The notes: generated by a model not told the origin, from the sequence alone. A stretch of DNA of 64,000 nucleotides from Fimbriosthenelais zetlandica (GCA_977030845.1 OZ365115.1:31744001-31808000), one strand, 5' to 3'; positions 53,101 through 64,000 are shown, counted from the first letter of the stretch. Program-made: numbers and translations.

Positions 53101-56100
53101 GATGACCTCCTCTTGGGTGGACAGCACAATAGATAATGCCGACTCATTTTTTGGTTCCACTGGTCATTATGTGATTTTTTTTAGTAGTAATAAAGAAGTA
53201 CGTGTGAATATGCATGTGTTAAAAAATAAAAGTATACGCGGGGTTCTATTTGTAAGACCTATTTCTTTCCTTTTCAACAGATTCTTTTACAAGTCGGCAA
53301 CAAATTGGTGGCCATGTCTTGAAAAAAGCAGCTGGAAGGGGAAAGTGAGATGAAACAAGCCAGATGAGGAGTGGAAATAATGAAACATGCCCTGTCCCTG
53401 AAGGGAAAAACTTTATGATTTGAAAGACCACCAAAGATGTGCCTCCTGACTTGTGACACAATGAATGATGATGACCTATGGTAAGGTGGTACTACTTAGA
53501 GGTGAGGATGTGGCGCTATGCCCCAGGACAGGCAAGGCCTCTATAACTTCTGCTTGTATTCATTTATCTTACCATCCATCCATCTCTGCATTTGATAAAT
53601 TCCGAAGGACAAGACAAAGAAACATGCCTTCTTCTAATTGATTCCACCAAGGCAATTGCTGTTTACAAGGTAGATCAAATCATTGCGAAAATAAGGAAAT
53701 AATTCAGCACCGACTAATTATTGATCTAAATATCCTGGATTCTAATACAGACAGATGATTATATTAATTAAATATCGTTCATGGAAAAATAATTATTCAA
53801 TTAAATCTGTGAGATGTTGTTGATATTGAGATGTGTCGCCTGGGTCTCATCTTATATAGGTGAAACTACGCTCCCTGTAATTGAGTGCGAGTTACTGATA
53901 ATTGTACATGTTCCAAGTCGTTAGTTGACTTCTCATCCATAATATAATTAGTAGGGCACTACTCAATACTCTCAGATCTCTAGATATGCTTCATGGTCCA
54001 TGCTTAATTAACGATAATTCATGCTAATGACAGGTGGCTTTCAATTGTAGGTTTATTGGGGATGAAACCTAACAACATTAAACTCTACTCGGTGCATGTG
54101 CAGTCAGAGTTTTTGGGTTTCGGTTTATCCCTTTTCTCTTTTCTAACAGAGATTCAATGGTTTAGTTGGAGGCAGCTATCTAAGCATCCATATATATTGG
54201 GTTCTGCATCAGTTTTAGAGTCCCACTTGCATTATAAGATTCAAACACTATGTTCCTTGAAGTGGAATTCCTCCTTGTCCACTGGTCAGTCAGGGGTTCA
54301 AGGACCCTGCAGTCAACCAAAAAACTATACTCTGTGCTGCGATTTGTTCAGATTATGTCTACCAAAGCTCAGTATGGCCATTAACGATGGAGGCCTTTGA
54401 TGTGCCACCCTGAACACAAGCTGACAAAGAGTATTTAGGTGTGACACTCAACCAGGTAAATGAGTAAGATGATTGTGACAGTGACCTGACAGCATACGTG
54501 CCACCATCAGCCACCTCCTGCTGAGAGAGACCAAACACAACCTTATCAGCGGCTAACTTTCCCCACGGGCAGAACAAGGCACAGGCTTTATAGGTGCTCG
54601 GCGGGGAAAATGATGCAGAAGGGCTGTATAAATGCCCTGAAGGGGGGCAAACTCAGTTATGGAGGGAAGATTTGTGGACAATATCTTTGGGGCTGCACTT
54701 TAAACTGCAGATATCTGAATCTAGCCATCATCAGAGGGTCTGAACGAACAACGACCAAGTGAATGAGTGAGGCCTTCCTCCTTTAGACAATTCCCTTTTC
54801 AAAACCACACGTGTTCAACAACTTTTCAAACTGCTCTTTGTTTTAGTTGTGAAAGAGACAACATAATGCCAGTATGAATGACAGGATGTCTCAAGTGAAG
54901 TGTGGTTTGTTTTCAGGGATGTACTCTTCTATTTTGTGAAGGTATATAGGCCTATATTTGTTGTGGGATCAAGACAATGGGAGTCGTTTTGAAGGTCAGT
55001 AGGCAGGGATTCCCACAGAACAAAAGCAATAGCGGAAATTCACAGCTATAGGACTGTCTTTAAAAAAGAGGAGTGACGGGTTTAGGATGTTAGGAATGTA
55101 TTTAATTTATATCACACAAGCAATCACTGTGTAAAGGAATGTCAAAAAGCATTTGATTTAGCAGAGCTTTGTGAAAGGCCTGTATTATGCCATATCAGGG
55201 ATATAGGCGATTTCATTTTCAAAAGTTCTTTATCGGAATAAATAAATGACTTGCTCTTGTTATCTGAGATAGAACTGAAATAAAATGAATAGGTGAATGG
55301 TAGTATTTACACAGGCAGACGCTAGAGGCGCCAGTAGTCCTGTTTCAAGCTTTTCAAGTTCAGTACCTGGGGCATTGCAGTGTATTTTCCTTATAAGTAA
55401 TCCATGTATACATTTACTGAGAAATCCACTTAGTAAAAGTCTTAGTAAACAAACACTCTCACCCCTAAATGGACAAAGATATTGATCCAGAAGGTCAGGG
55501 AAGTGGGTAAGCACAGAAAAAGAAATGGAAGTAGTTACAGCTATAGCCTATTCTATTGATGTATTTTGAAATGTTACGTTGCTAGCACATGAATCAGTCG
55601 GACGCAAACAAACTGCTCCAGATTCAAGGGAACATCTAAGATATAATTGTCGGTAAATGGCATAAAGACGCTTTGATCACAAGGCTGATCTATTCGTTAA
55701 TGAATTAGAATTCTGTTATTCTTGAACACTATGAACCGAACATTTAGTATACTACACACCCTGAGGTAAAATATTTAAATGTTCCTTCTGTCAACTTTTT
55801 CATAATTTTGTGTTTTATATTTAAAAGTAGCCTAACATGACTATTTGGTTAGGTGCCAAAATGGCTGATTTCCATGCAAATACATTTCAATAGGTTCATT
55901 CCCGAGTCACTAAAAACAAAAGGTCCATAGATATATTGGTTATCCACAGTATTTACCAGTATTTCCGGCACCAATGTACACATAGAGTAAATGGGTGGCA
56001 AGAATCAATTAATGTTATATGGATGTATTCAACCAAGAATCAATTAGGGAAATATTGAAATTGGAAACGGTGCCACCTGCATATTTATAAAATGGGAAGT

Positions 56101-57332
56101 TTGATTTTGCTATCTTTGGAAATTCCAGACATGGGCCATTGGCCAGAAAAACATTGGGAAATTTCATTTGTGAGCCAAATACACAAATTGGGAAAATAAT
56201 ATTGGAAATAAGAGGCAGCGTGATTTGGTCTTGAACTTCTATAACATGGATATAGTGTGCAGGTGGTTGTAGGCAGTATGAATGGACGTCTGGGTAGGGG
56301 TGGTTGGGGAGTTAACACGCACAATACCTGTGTACGTGTGAGTGGATTCTTACAACTCATGTAATTCATACATGCGTGAATGAATGGAAATGCCCGTGCG
56401 TGCAACAACGCAGACAGAAAGCACAGATTTTGCTCCAGCCTCCTTTGTAAATTGCCCGCTTCCCGTGGCATGCACATGCTAACATAGCACCTTTTTTCCA
56501 TCCTCAATAATATTATGGTGAAAATATATTTAATAGATTTCAAATGAATTCATGATGTGAAGTATTGTTCATATGTCTCTTGAGAGATAAGGCTAACGCC
56601 CATACTTTAATTATAGCGCTGATAACTTATCTCGGGTAATGTATGTCTGGGGTGTTATCAACTTCTGAAACAATGTCTTGAATACTTGTCGGATGCTATA
56701 TCAAAGTCAACTGAAGCCACATCAGAGCTTTAGAAATACAAGATCAAAAAGAGGGACTTACCTTTGATTCATACCCTTGGAGGGTTATGGACTCCATGCA
56801 CATCAGAATTATAATTTTAGCACAATTGTGTCACACCTTTTGCAGGTAGACTGGTAGATTGTATTGGTAGAAGGTGAGTGGTCTTCCAATTCAGGTACTT
56901 TCAGACTACTTTCTGAGGTATGTATACCTGCCTATATGGCTATAGTCAGGGCTTGGCTTGATGGTTTTTGGATTGCCCACTGTGGCTGCGTACACAGATT
57001 ACTAACGTAATCAATGGTAACCTGTCAAAGGCCGGGTTGACAATTGTTTGCGTCGACTTTCACGTGAAGAAAATAAAGGAATATGAGACAATGTCAGCAA
57101 CCTGAGTGGTAATCCCAGCAACTTGATGAAGTGTCTTGTGTGTATATTGTCATTTGCACTGAGTGTTGTTGTCTTGCTGTTCAAACTTATGAAACAATGA
57201 GAATTAGTGATGAAACCAACAACATTCTCAAAATCACTTTTACAAGGCTCAGATCAAGTAACATGTGCTCCTCTGGAGAATAAGTTGTAGTGTATAGTAT
57301 CACAGTAGGCCTAATGATGTCCACCTACTCAC

Positions 57333-57693
57333 ACAGCATCCTTAAGTCCTGGCACAGTGTTCTCTTAATATCATCTGCTTTTTCGCTGACGTCAGATTGT
57401 TGCCAAAACGTCGTCTGGTACTGTTTTCCAGTGTTTTTTTTTATCAGTCCTGGTCAGTTGATCCTAATCACACTATATTCAGTTCCTTAACTGTCCACTA
57501 GAACTAGTAGAATGATATTGAGTGTTTGTTTTACTTCCAATAAGTGAGTGTGGAAATGTGTGTGGGTGAGAAGTGACTGTCTCCGGTGGAGGCTTGTCCC
57601 TGAATGGAGCTCCTGTCTACCTTTACCTCACCTTTACAGGTCTGGTTAGGCCCTCACCAGGTAGAGCGGTGAACACTGAGGTCTGTGGGCAGT
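57333..57693 (-). other. Candidate non-coding first exon of the DUF19-like gene
   Basis: Runs from the predicted TSS to a GTGAGT donor at 57332. The signal-peptide exon has an unexplained upstream acceptor (44212) that needs a donor. An alternative GTGAGT donor exists near 46669. Confidence 0.35.
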
Positions 57694-57722
57694 GAAGCGG
57701 GGTTCCTTCCTCCTCCTATATA
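57693..57722 (-). promoter_or_regulatory. Candidate TATA + Inr core promoter of the DUF19-like gene
   Basis: Minus-strand TATATAGG at 57722-57715 and Inr-type TTCA(+1)CT with A at 57693, so TATA starts at -29. Confidence 0.5.
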
Positions 57723-58301
57723 CGCCCGTTTCACTCCCTGCCCTATGCACAACTAACACAGCTTTCATTGTTTTGGCGACCCAAAGTTAATTTTGAGTAA
57801 AATCCTTTTTTCTCATGTACCGGTAATTTGTCTTTTTCGTCTAAGGGATCTAGAAATATTTAAGGCCAATATTAAATTATCATCTCGAATAGAATGCATC
57901 CAACAAAAGAAATTGACAAAATCTATATTGATACTACATGAATGTAAATTCCTTTTATGATAAATAAAAATACTGATGAGTAAGATAGACATGCCTCATA
58001 TATCTTCAATTATACTAAGATAAGGAATAAAATATGCAAATTCGGGCCTACCTGGGCGTGTTTGGGCATGCTGCTATGTTGAAGGAACAATAATATGAGT
58101 CATGGACAAGCTCCCCACTTCAAGAAATATAGCCAACTTGAAAATAAGCAAAAAAAGTTAAAAACTGTCAATATTCATTCGTAAGTGAAACGTGTCCGAG
58201 GTCTTGGTCTCAGGTATGGTGAGAGACGGTCGCCTAGTGACACATTCTGACTGTAGGGGGCGTGGTAGCCCAAGCTGTAGTGGTCAGTGGATGAGAAAAG
58301 T

Positions 58302-58324
58302 GGGAGGGAAAGTCGGGGGCTGGG
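58302..58324 (+). other. G-quadruplex motif within a purine-rich tract (about 58290-58390)
   Basis: GGG A GGG AAAGTC GGGGG CT GGG. Confidence 0.5.
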
Positions 58325-60114
58325 AAAAGAAGGGATGGATGAAGGGTGGGTCAGAGAAAGGGGAAGAGAATGGAGAGAGGGATGGGGTCGTAAGGACCGA
58401 GGTGGAAAATCTGCCAACGACAATTTCTAAGGGAAGAAAATAAATGGGGAAATAATCAGAATAGTCGGGTTCAGGTTTAATATACCAATTTGAATAAATT
58501 TACACTTTCTTTTAAAATAAACAAATTATTATGAATATACCGTTTTTTGAGATAAAATATCAATGTTATCCCTTGCAATGAATCAATTCACAAAATTGAA
58601 CTTTTCCTATAATAATTCATCAAGAGGCTTGCCTCGGGCAAAGTAATGAAATGGTCCAAAGGAGGGGGGATATAAACATAAATATTTAAAATGTCTCTTG
58701 GGTAGAATTAAAGATACACGTGTCTCGGCCGCGCGGGTCTCTCGTTCTCGTATTGTTATAATGTATAGACATTGGGCGGGGGATTAAAGGAAAGAGCCGG
58801 GGTATGTCGTTCAGCATTATAGGTGACGACATCGGCCGCAGGCAAAGCTTTAGGAATTAAAGGGTAAACCAGGAAATTAAGCTCCATTTCCATATAAAAA
58901 AACCTTTTAATCAGTATAGTTTAAAGATGTAGCCATGAATGTGCATGAAGGCTCTCTTGGAGTTTAAATTCAGCTTTATTTTTCAGATATAATTAACAGA
59001 TAACATTTCGAACTTTTTCGTACCAAATAACCTAAAATCAACTATCTAAAATTAATTAGATCAAAAGACGTTGGTATAATATCTCGGACAAACACTCCCT
59101 GAACGCACAAACATTCCCAGAACGCTATTAACTGCATTCGGATCTTTCTTTTCAAAATGGTTCGGACAGGGGAAGTGTTCAGAGATTTGCCTAATAATAG
59201 CGATCATGAAGATATGTACAAATGTAGTAAAGAATGCCACGGTTGTTTGCGATTAGCAAAACAAAAGAGAATGGGTGTACAGAGGTCCAGAGAAGTAGGA
59301 TGGGAAGAGCAAATACTGTGATTTTTTCTCATGTGAAACATGTGTACGGGATATGAAGAGGAAGTGGTAGTGCTTCCAAATTTTTTTTTGCGCACCTTTG
59401 GATGTCTCCTTCTCACAGACGTTCACGGCGAAAACAGTTGATTGTCAGGGCTTTATATTGATGAATACACCTATATAACCTATTTTTCCCTAACATTTCC
59501 TCCATGATTGTCAAGAGTACACATTATTTTAGGGAAACAATTTTCGAACAAATGCATTATACTTTTGGGATTACAAGGACATAAAAGCCATATGAAACAT
59601 TGGTGGGGGAGGAAATCAACCATTTTTCTACTCTTTTCCCGTGGCCGGGCATTCTCAAATTCCACCCCTATTACTTTACCCCTGGTAAGGACTGCTGCTT
59701 AATGTGCATTTCATTTATATCGATGCGAAAATAATTATCATTACAAATTAATCAAAATTTCAGCGGATACCTGATTCCACGCTTACGTCCCCTAAAGTGT
59801 TTAATGAACTTTAAGACATCACTATGGTTACGGTTTAATATTTTTCCGTATCGTTAAATACAGTCATGTACCCTGTATATTATATGGATAAGTATATAGT
59901 AAGATTTGTTCCGTCTTACAGAAAAATATATCTTCCAGAATATCTTTTCATTTAATAATCTAAAAGCTCCGCAATTCCTACAATGAAAGCCCTTTTTCTA
60001 CATTAAGTTCATCTCAAATTTGGTTTTCTGGACAAAACAAGCGCGAAATTTCCTCAGATACACAAAGAACGGGGTTGAGGGGACAGGCCCCGTAAAGTAT
60101 GTAGTAAGGCCGGC

Positions 60115-60128
60115 CCAGCAGGGGGCCA
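60115..60128 (+). promoter_or_regulatory. CTCF-consensus motif
   Basis: CCAGCAGGGGGCCA, 12/14 with intact core, in a locally GC-rich patch. Confidence 0.45.
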
Positions 60129-60698
60129 AAGTGACATTTCTTGTGAGCTACAGGCGTGACATATGGGCCCCTGGTAGAGCGGGCGGGGAAGTAAGATTCC
60201 CCGGGATTCAGTGCTCGTATCCCCGGCAACCATGGAGAAGCCCTGCCTCTACTATAGGACTTCTTCCCTCGCAGGGCTTCTTTCACAGGGCTCACTATTT
60301 GACATAATTATTGAGGTTATTGGGGGAGGCGGAATAGTAGCCATAATTCCAAATTAAACAACAAAAAATGCATCACATATTTTCTTCACATGTATTACGC
60401 ATTGATGTGATATATGCTAGAATTAGCCAGTATAACCAGCCCTTACTAGGCTAGAATGTGCTGACCAGATAATAAACAATTATATATGCCTAGTCAGTTT
60501 GGGAAAATTGTCTTTGTTCAATAGAGCTTGGTTTGGGAGCTTCAAGACAAGTTGGGTGCTAGCTATGGTTGTCCAAGCCTTCATAGCTCAGTGGTTAGGG
60601 TGTCGCTTTCCCAATTCTCAGGTTCTGAGTTCAAATCGCAGTCCTGCATCTTATTTTCCTACCCGGCTAGGTGGGTTCCCTATGGGACATCGACTGCA

Positions 60699-60729
60699 CT
60701 GCCACCTGGTGTTGCTCGCCAGATGGCGC
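60699..60729. promoter_or_regulatory. Divergent pair of CTCF-consensus motifs (unit 1)
   Basis: Minus ACACCAGGTGGCAG 60712-60699 and plus TCGCCAGATGGCGC 60716-60729; each 13/14 to CCRSYAGRKGGCRS. Confidence 0.6.
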
Positions 60730-60972
60730 CACATCCTAGTGGTCAGAATACAGGCCTGTGCTTGTGTCTCCAGGTGCGCCCAAAGACAATGGTTACCTGG
60801 GATTACATAACTAGCTTATGACAAGTCGGGTGCTAGTCATTAGTGTCCTAGCCTTGATAGCTCAGTATTCAGGGCGTTGGCTTCCCAATTCTAAGGTCCT
60901 GAGTTCGATTCACAGTCATCCCTCTTCTTCTCCTTCCCGTCTAGGTGGGTTCCCTAAGGAACATCGACTGCA

Positions 60973-61022
60973 CTGCCACCTGGTGATTTGCCTAGTTCCG
61001 GTAGTTGCCCGCCAGATGGCGC
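60973..61022. promoter_or_regulatory. Divergent pair of CTCF-consensus motifs (unit 2)
   Basis: Minus TCACCAGGTGGCAG 60986-60973 (13/14) and plus CCGCCAGATGGCGC 61009-61022 (14/14). Confidence 0.62.
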
Positions 61023-61235
61023 CACATCCTAATGGCCAGAATACAGGTCCTGAGTTCGATTCACGGTCATGCCTCTTCTTTTCCTTCCCGGTCAGGTGGG
61101 TTCCCTTTGAGTCTACTTGAGAAGGCTTCATCAGGTGTAAATGGGCTCCACAGCAGTTGCGAAATATTCTTGAGGCGAGAATTGCCATAGACCCAAGATT
61201 AAAGTTATGACCAACGCCATTTTTAAAACATTCAC

Positions 61236-61241
61236 TTTATT
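61236..61241 (-). terminator. Candidate polyadenylation signal of NUP35
   Basis: Minus-strand AATAAA about 500 nt downstream of the stop. Confidence 0.35.
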
Positions 61242-61738
61242 TGTGCTATTAATAACAGTTTATGATCCATTTCAGACACTTTTACAATGTATAAAAATTG
61301 TCCGTGACGTACTGAGAACCCCTACCGTACCACTGACGTCAAATAGCCTACATATAGGCCCACCCATTTCTCAGGCTTTGAAGCCATCTATATCTAGGGA
61401 TAAATTTGCTTTCCATGATTTTTTTTCACAAGAATCTAATGATTCATATTTTTTTTGCTCAAAATAAGACTGATTTTTATAATATTAAAATCTTTTCATG
61501 AGTAATATTAAAGTTTCACAAAAGTCATTTACCATTATCATTCGTTGTTTTTTTTATGTTTTTTTTTTAGGACATGCCTATCTTTTCCTGTAAAACGGAA
61601 GTACATAGTTAAAATAGTTATATTCTTATGCTATTATAATGTACAAGAAAGTATTAGAATTACCTAGTGGTCTGCCCTTATCACATTTACCTCGGTTCGT
61701 GATGACATTACTATTGTATATAATCAGATCTGGTGATA

Positions 61739-61816
61739 TCACCAGCCGAACATATACTCCACTGCCTTAGATAGCACATTGCCGCCTTTTTGTGGTGTAT
61801 TGCTTTTCATCACGAC
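61739..61816 (-). CDS. NUP35: NUP35 last coding exon
   Basis: [25 protein letters not shown]; TTTTAG acceptor. Confidence 0.95.
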   Translation of the reverse strand, partial: VVMKSNTPQKGGNVLSKAVEYMFGW

Positions 61817-64000
61817 CTAAAATTAAAACATTTAACATTAATTTCTTCTTCGACAGACAAGACTAGACACCCATTATTATCAAGCTTTGTCAGTAAAGAT
61901 ACATTCACTGTATCAGACAAGACGTTAAATATTTGTAATATTAATTGTTCAACGAAAAATAAAATAGATAATGCCTGAAACTGTACATAGAGATAAATAA
62001 TATGTTTTAACCTACCTCTTGGTCACTGCTGGCAGCTCTGTAAGCCGCAGTGAGGGGTCGTATTGGGGTATGTTTAGCTGAACCTGGCCCGCCTGGTCCG
62101 ACAGAGCTGACATCTAGTGTGGAACTAAGGGCAGGAGAACCGAGCATAGACGCGCATGCGTTCTCCTTCTCCATCACATTCTAAGATGTAATAAATCAAG
62201 TTAGAATGAGACTAGATCTAATATGTGGGGAAGCGAGGCAATGAATTTGCATTGATTTAGTATTTAATATTATACAGCACTGAACAAAGTTTTTATAAAA
62301 ATAACTGGTTCACCTTGTCGATGCACCGGGTTACGCCCACCATGATGCTACCGCCAAATATTTTGCCGTTTTTACTGAGCGCCTTCTTCGCCTGTAGCTT
62401 ACTCTGGTAATGTATATGTAACCAATTTCCTTCACTTGATATCTGAAATACAATGACAAAAGGATTTAATTCTTCAGCATTTTAAAATTAGATTTGAAAG
62501 AGATATTTTATTTTACAGGTCCTACATTTTATGACTATTTGTATTCTTACATTCTTATACCTTTTTCTTCTTTTTTGAAATACAACTTTTTATTATTCAG
62601 TTTGAATACCGGTATGTTCTATCTTGTATGAATTAAACTTTGTACTGACCACGTGTTTTAGGATATTTCCGTACTGTGAGAATTGTTGGAGGATGAATGA
62701 AGCTGCAGCGGCAGGGAAACTGAGGCATAAAAAACACAAAATCAGATTCAATCTCTCAGCGTATAATCTAAATCAATTAATCATGACCTGGTCCCCTAGC
62801 AGGGCAAACTGCTTTAAAGAGTGCACCTATTAAAGTTCTTAAAATCTAGTCAAAAGCTTAATTTTCTTAAAGAAAGAAACAAAAAGAACTCACCCAAATA
62901 TGGTCACCCATGTTTCGTCCAACTCATCAGAGGGTCTAATGGATTCTCTGAGATAACAAAAGGAATACCGCAAATTGTATGTAATGAAAACCTTTTCCTA
63001 CTGGAAAGATAACATGTACTTGCAAAAAGTTCATAAATAAATAGATAATATTTCCCAATGTATGGTAAGAACCTTTGTGTATGAGAGTAAGAGGTATGTA
63101 ATATATTCCACCTACCCTTGTGTATAGAATGGGTCGATCTGGGCGGGAGAGGGAGATGATTTCTTGCTTGAACCAAATATGGAGCTGTTATTGGCCCCGT
63201 CTATTCAATAGAAAAATATTAACCGTAAATAAAAATAAATTTGAAATTACTTCAGCTGTGAATACCTGTACCGTACACTTAATTTAATCCTGTGTGAGCT
63301 GGTATTCACCCATAACAGGCTCTAGAAAAATTCTAACTAAAAAAAAACAAAAAAAAAACTGACGTTGTACTAAATACTAAATTGAAATGGAGATATTTAT
63401 TTTTTATTATAGTTCTGTTCCTCTCACCTGTGATATTCAATGGGTTGGCAGAGTAGTAGGCAGGTGAAGAAAAACTTTGATGAAACGACTGGTTGGTCCT
63501 TGCTGACTGATTTAATAAATCTAACTGAAAAAAGTTTGAAGATAAACAATAAAATCTTTGGATTTCTTTTTTGTTAAATGTACGGTTCCAGGTACGGAAC
63601 AAGTTATTTCTTCCAGTATAATTTGAGTACTTATATATATGTATGCCAGAAGTAGAGAGATGCTCAGAATGGTAGCCTATCAAAATACCGTAGCTTACTT
63701 TTCTATCAGATCCTTGACCTGGAATCGTAATTTGATCCAATAACCCTTGTACGGGCGGGGCACCTGACTTGTCTTTTCCTCTACTAGGCAGAAGGTCCCT
63801 AGAAGAGAAATAATATGCCAGCCTTAGTTAAATCTAGTGAGAGACAATTAAAACGCTGTCCCTTATAAATTTATTTAAAAAAATAAATAAAGTAAATATT
63901 GGCCTGTAATTATCCTATCGTACCGTACCTGTTTGGTGGGCTAAATACGGATGGAGTGGGTGTAGACCAATTTCCACTTTTATTTGCTGCCGCAGATGAA
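61739..64000 (-). CDS. NUP35: Nucleoporin NUP35/NUP53, 3' portion; 5' end lies beyond the window
   Basis: Exons >64000-63929, 63798-63699, 63524-63428, 63200-63116, 62947-62894, 62719-62650, 62442-62314, 62180-62016, 61816-61739 splice in frame. They contain recognisable NUP35 motifs: [84 protein letters not shown] (RRM-like domain), RPLTAAYRA and the terminal amphipathic helix [11 protein letters not shown]. Confidence 0.96.
62016..62180 (-). CDS. NUP35: NUP35 exon
   Basis: [20 protein letters not shown]...[18 protein letters not shown]; donor GTAGGT. Confidence 0.92.
62314..62442 (-). CDS. NUP35: NUP35 exon (RRM-like domain)
   Basis: [43 protein letters not shown]. Confidence 0.95.
62650..62719 (-). 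CDS. NUP35: NUP35 exon
   Basis: [23 protein letters not shown]; donor GTCAGT. Confidence 0.93.
62894..62947 (-). CDS. NUP35: NUP35 exon
   Basis: [17 protein letters not shown](G); donor GTGAGT. Confidence 0.92.
63116..63200 (-). CDS. NUP35: NUP35 exon
   Basis: [27 protein letters not shown](G); donor GTAGGT. Confidence 0.9.
63428..63524 (-). CDS. NUP35: NUP35 exon
   Basis: [32 protein letters not shown](D); TTTTTCAG acceptor, GTGAGA donor. Confidence 0.8.
63699..63798 (-). CDS. NUP35: NUP35 exon
   Basis: [33 protein letters not shown]; TTCTAG acceptor, GTAAGC donor. Confidence 0.9.
63929..64000 (-). CDS. NUP35: NUP35 exon (partial, cut by window edge)
   Basis: [23 protein letters not shown](R); donor AG|GTACGG, phase 2, matches the next exon. 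Confidence 0.75.

Larger units (their letters stand above)
60546..61106 (+). mobile_element. Tandem array of tRNA-derived SINE-like units (2 full, 1 partial)
   Basis: Unit 1 starts at 60546, unit 2 at 60820 (period 274), partial unit 3 at 61046-61106. A boxes TAGCTCAGT.. at 60584 and 60858; B boxes GAGTTCAAATC 60627, GAGTTCGATTC 60901 and 61052. Acceptor and anticodon stems do not pair, so these are not functional tRNAs. Confidence 0.7.

Noticed and set aside
54398-54420. 5S rRNA-like CCACCCTGAAC
   Set aside because: Similarity limited to about 11 nt; no internal control region
54380-54800. Possible KDZ/Zisupton transposase motifs (AY..SC, SPR..GTG, GE, TTK.MS)
   Set aside because: Needs several frameshifts and wrong spacing; insufficient without a profile search
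56085-56543. 152-aa minus-strand ORF
   Set aside because: No recognisable domain, no fit with splice signals of either gene; probably chance or TE debris
60577-60650. Functional tRNA gene (apparent CCC anticodon); likewise 60851-60920
   Set aside because: D- and T-arms are partly intact, but the anticodon and acceptor stems cannot pair; treated as SINE heads
62107-62160. CTCF-like (CTGACATCTAGTGT) and NRF1-like (GCGCATGCG) motifs suggesting a promoter
   Set aside because: They lie inside a NUP35 coding exon (62016-62180) and are explained by codons
63333-63740. 135-aa minus-strand ORF as an independent gene
   Set aside because: Parts of two NUP35 exons read through the intron between them
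1-64000. CRISPR arrays, rRNA, snRNA, operons
   Set aside because: None seen; the window is intron-containing eukaryotic DNA with no regularly spaced repeat-spacer array

Overview
AT-rich metazoan genomic DNA with spliceosomal GT-AG introns. The source is probably an invertebrate deuterostome such as an echinoderm (inference only). All supported genes are on the minus strand. (1) The 3' part of a compact NUP35/NUP53 gene spans 61739-64000; nine exons are visible and its introns are 130-227 bp. (2) A complete 9-coding-exon gene spans 18220-44063 and encodes a 476-aa protein with a signal peptide, two 12-Cys helical DUF19-like domains and a GPI-type C-terminal signal. It is built from four copies of a two-exon unit and has a polybasic furin-type site near the end of domain 1. 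A candidate TATA/Inr promoter and non-coding first exon lie at about 57.3-57.7 kb. (3) A signal-peptide first coding exon (4374-4449) belongs to a further gene that continues off the left edge and may be a paralogue. Between NUP35 and the DUF19-like gene is a tandem array of tRNA-derived SINE-like units, each carrying Pol III A/B boxes and a back-to-back pair of CTCF-consensus motifs. With forward motifs at 8.7 and 11.2 kb, these would form a convergent loop enclosing the DUF19-like gene. The rest is intronic or intergenic DNA with decayed transposon remnants. Most ORFs in the supplied track are spurious or are exons read through into introns. Gene models were assembled by hand from splice signals and phase compatibility. 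No database searches were run.
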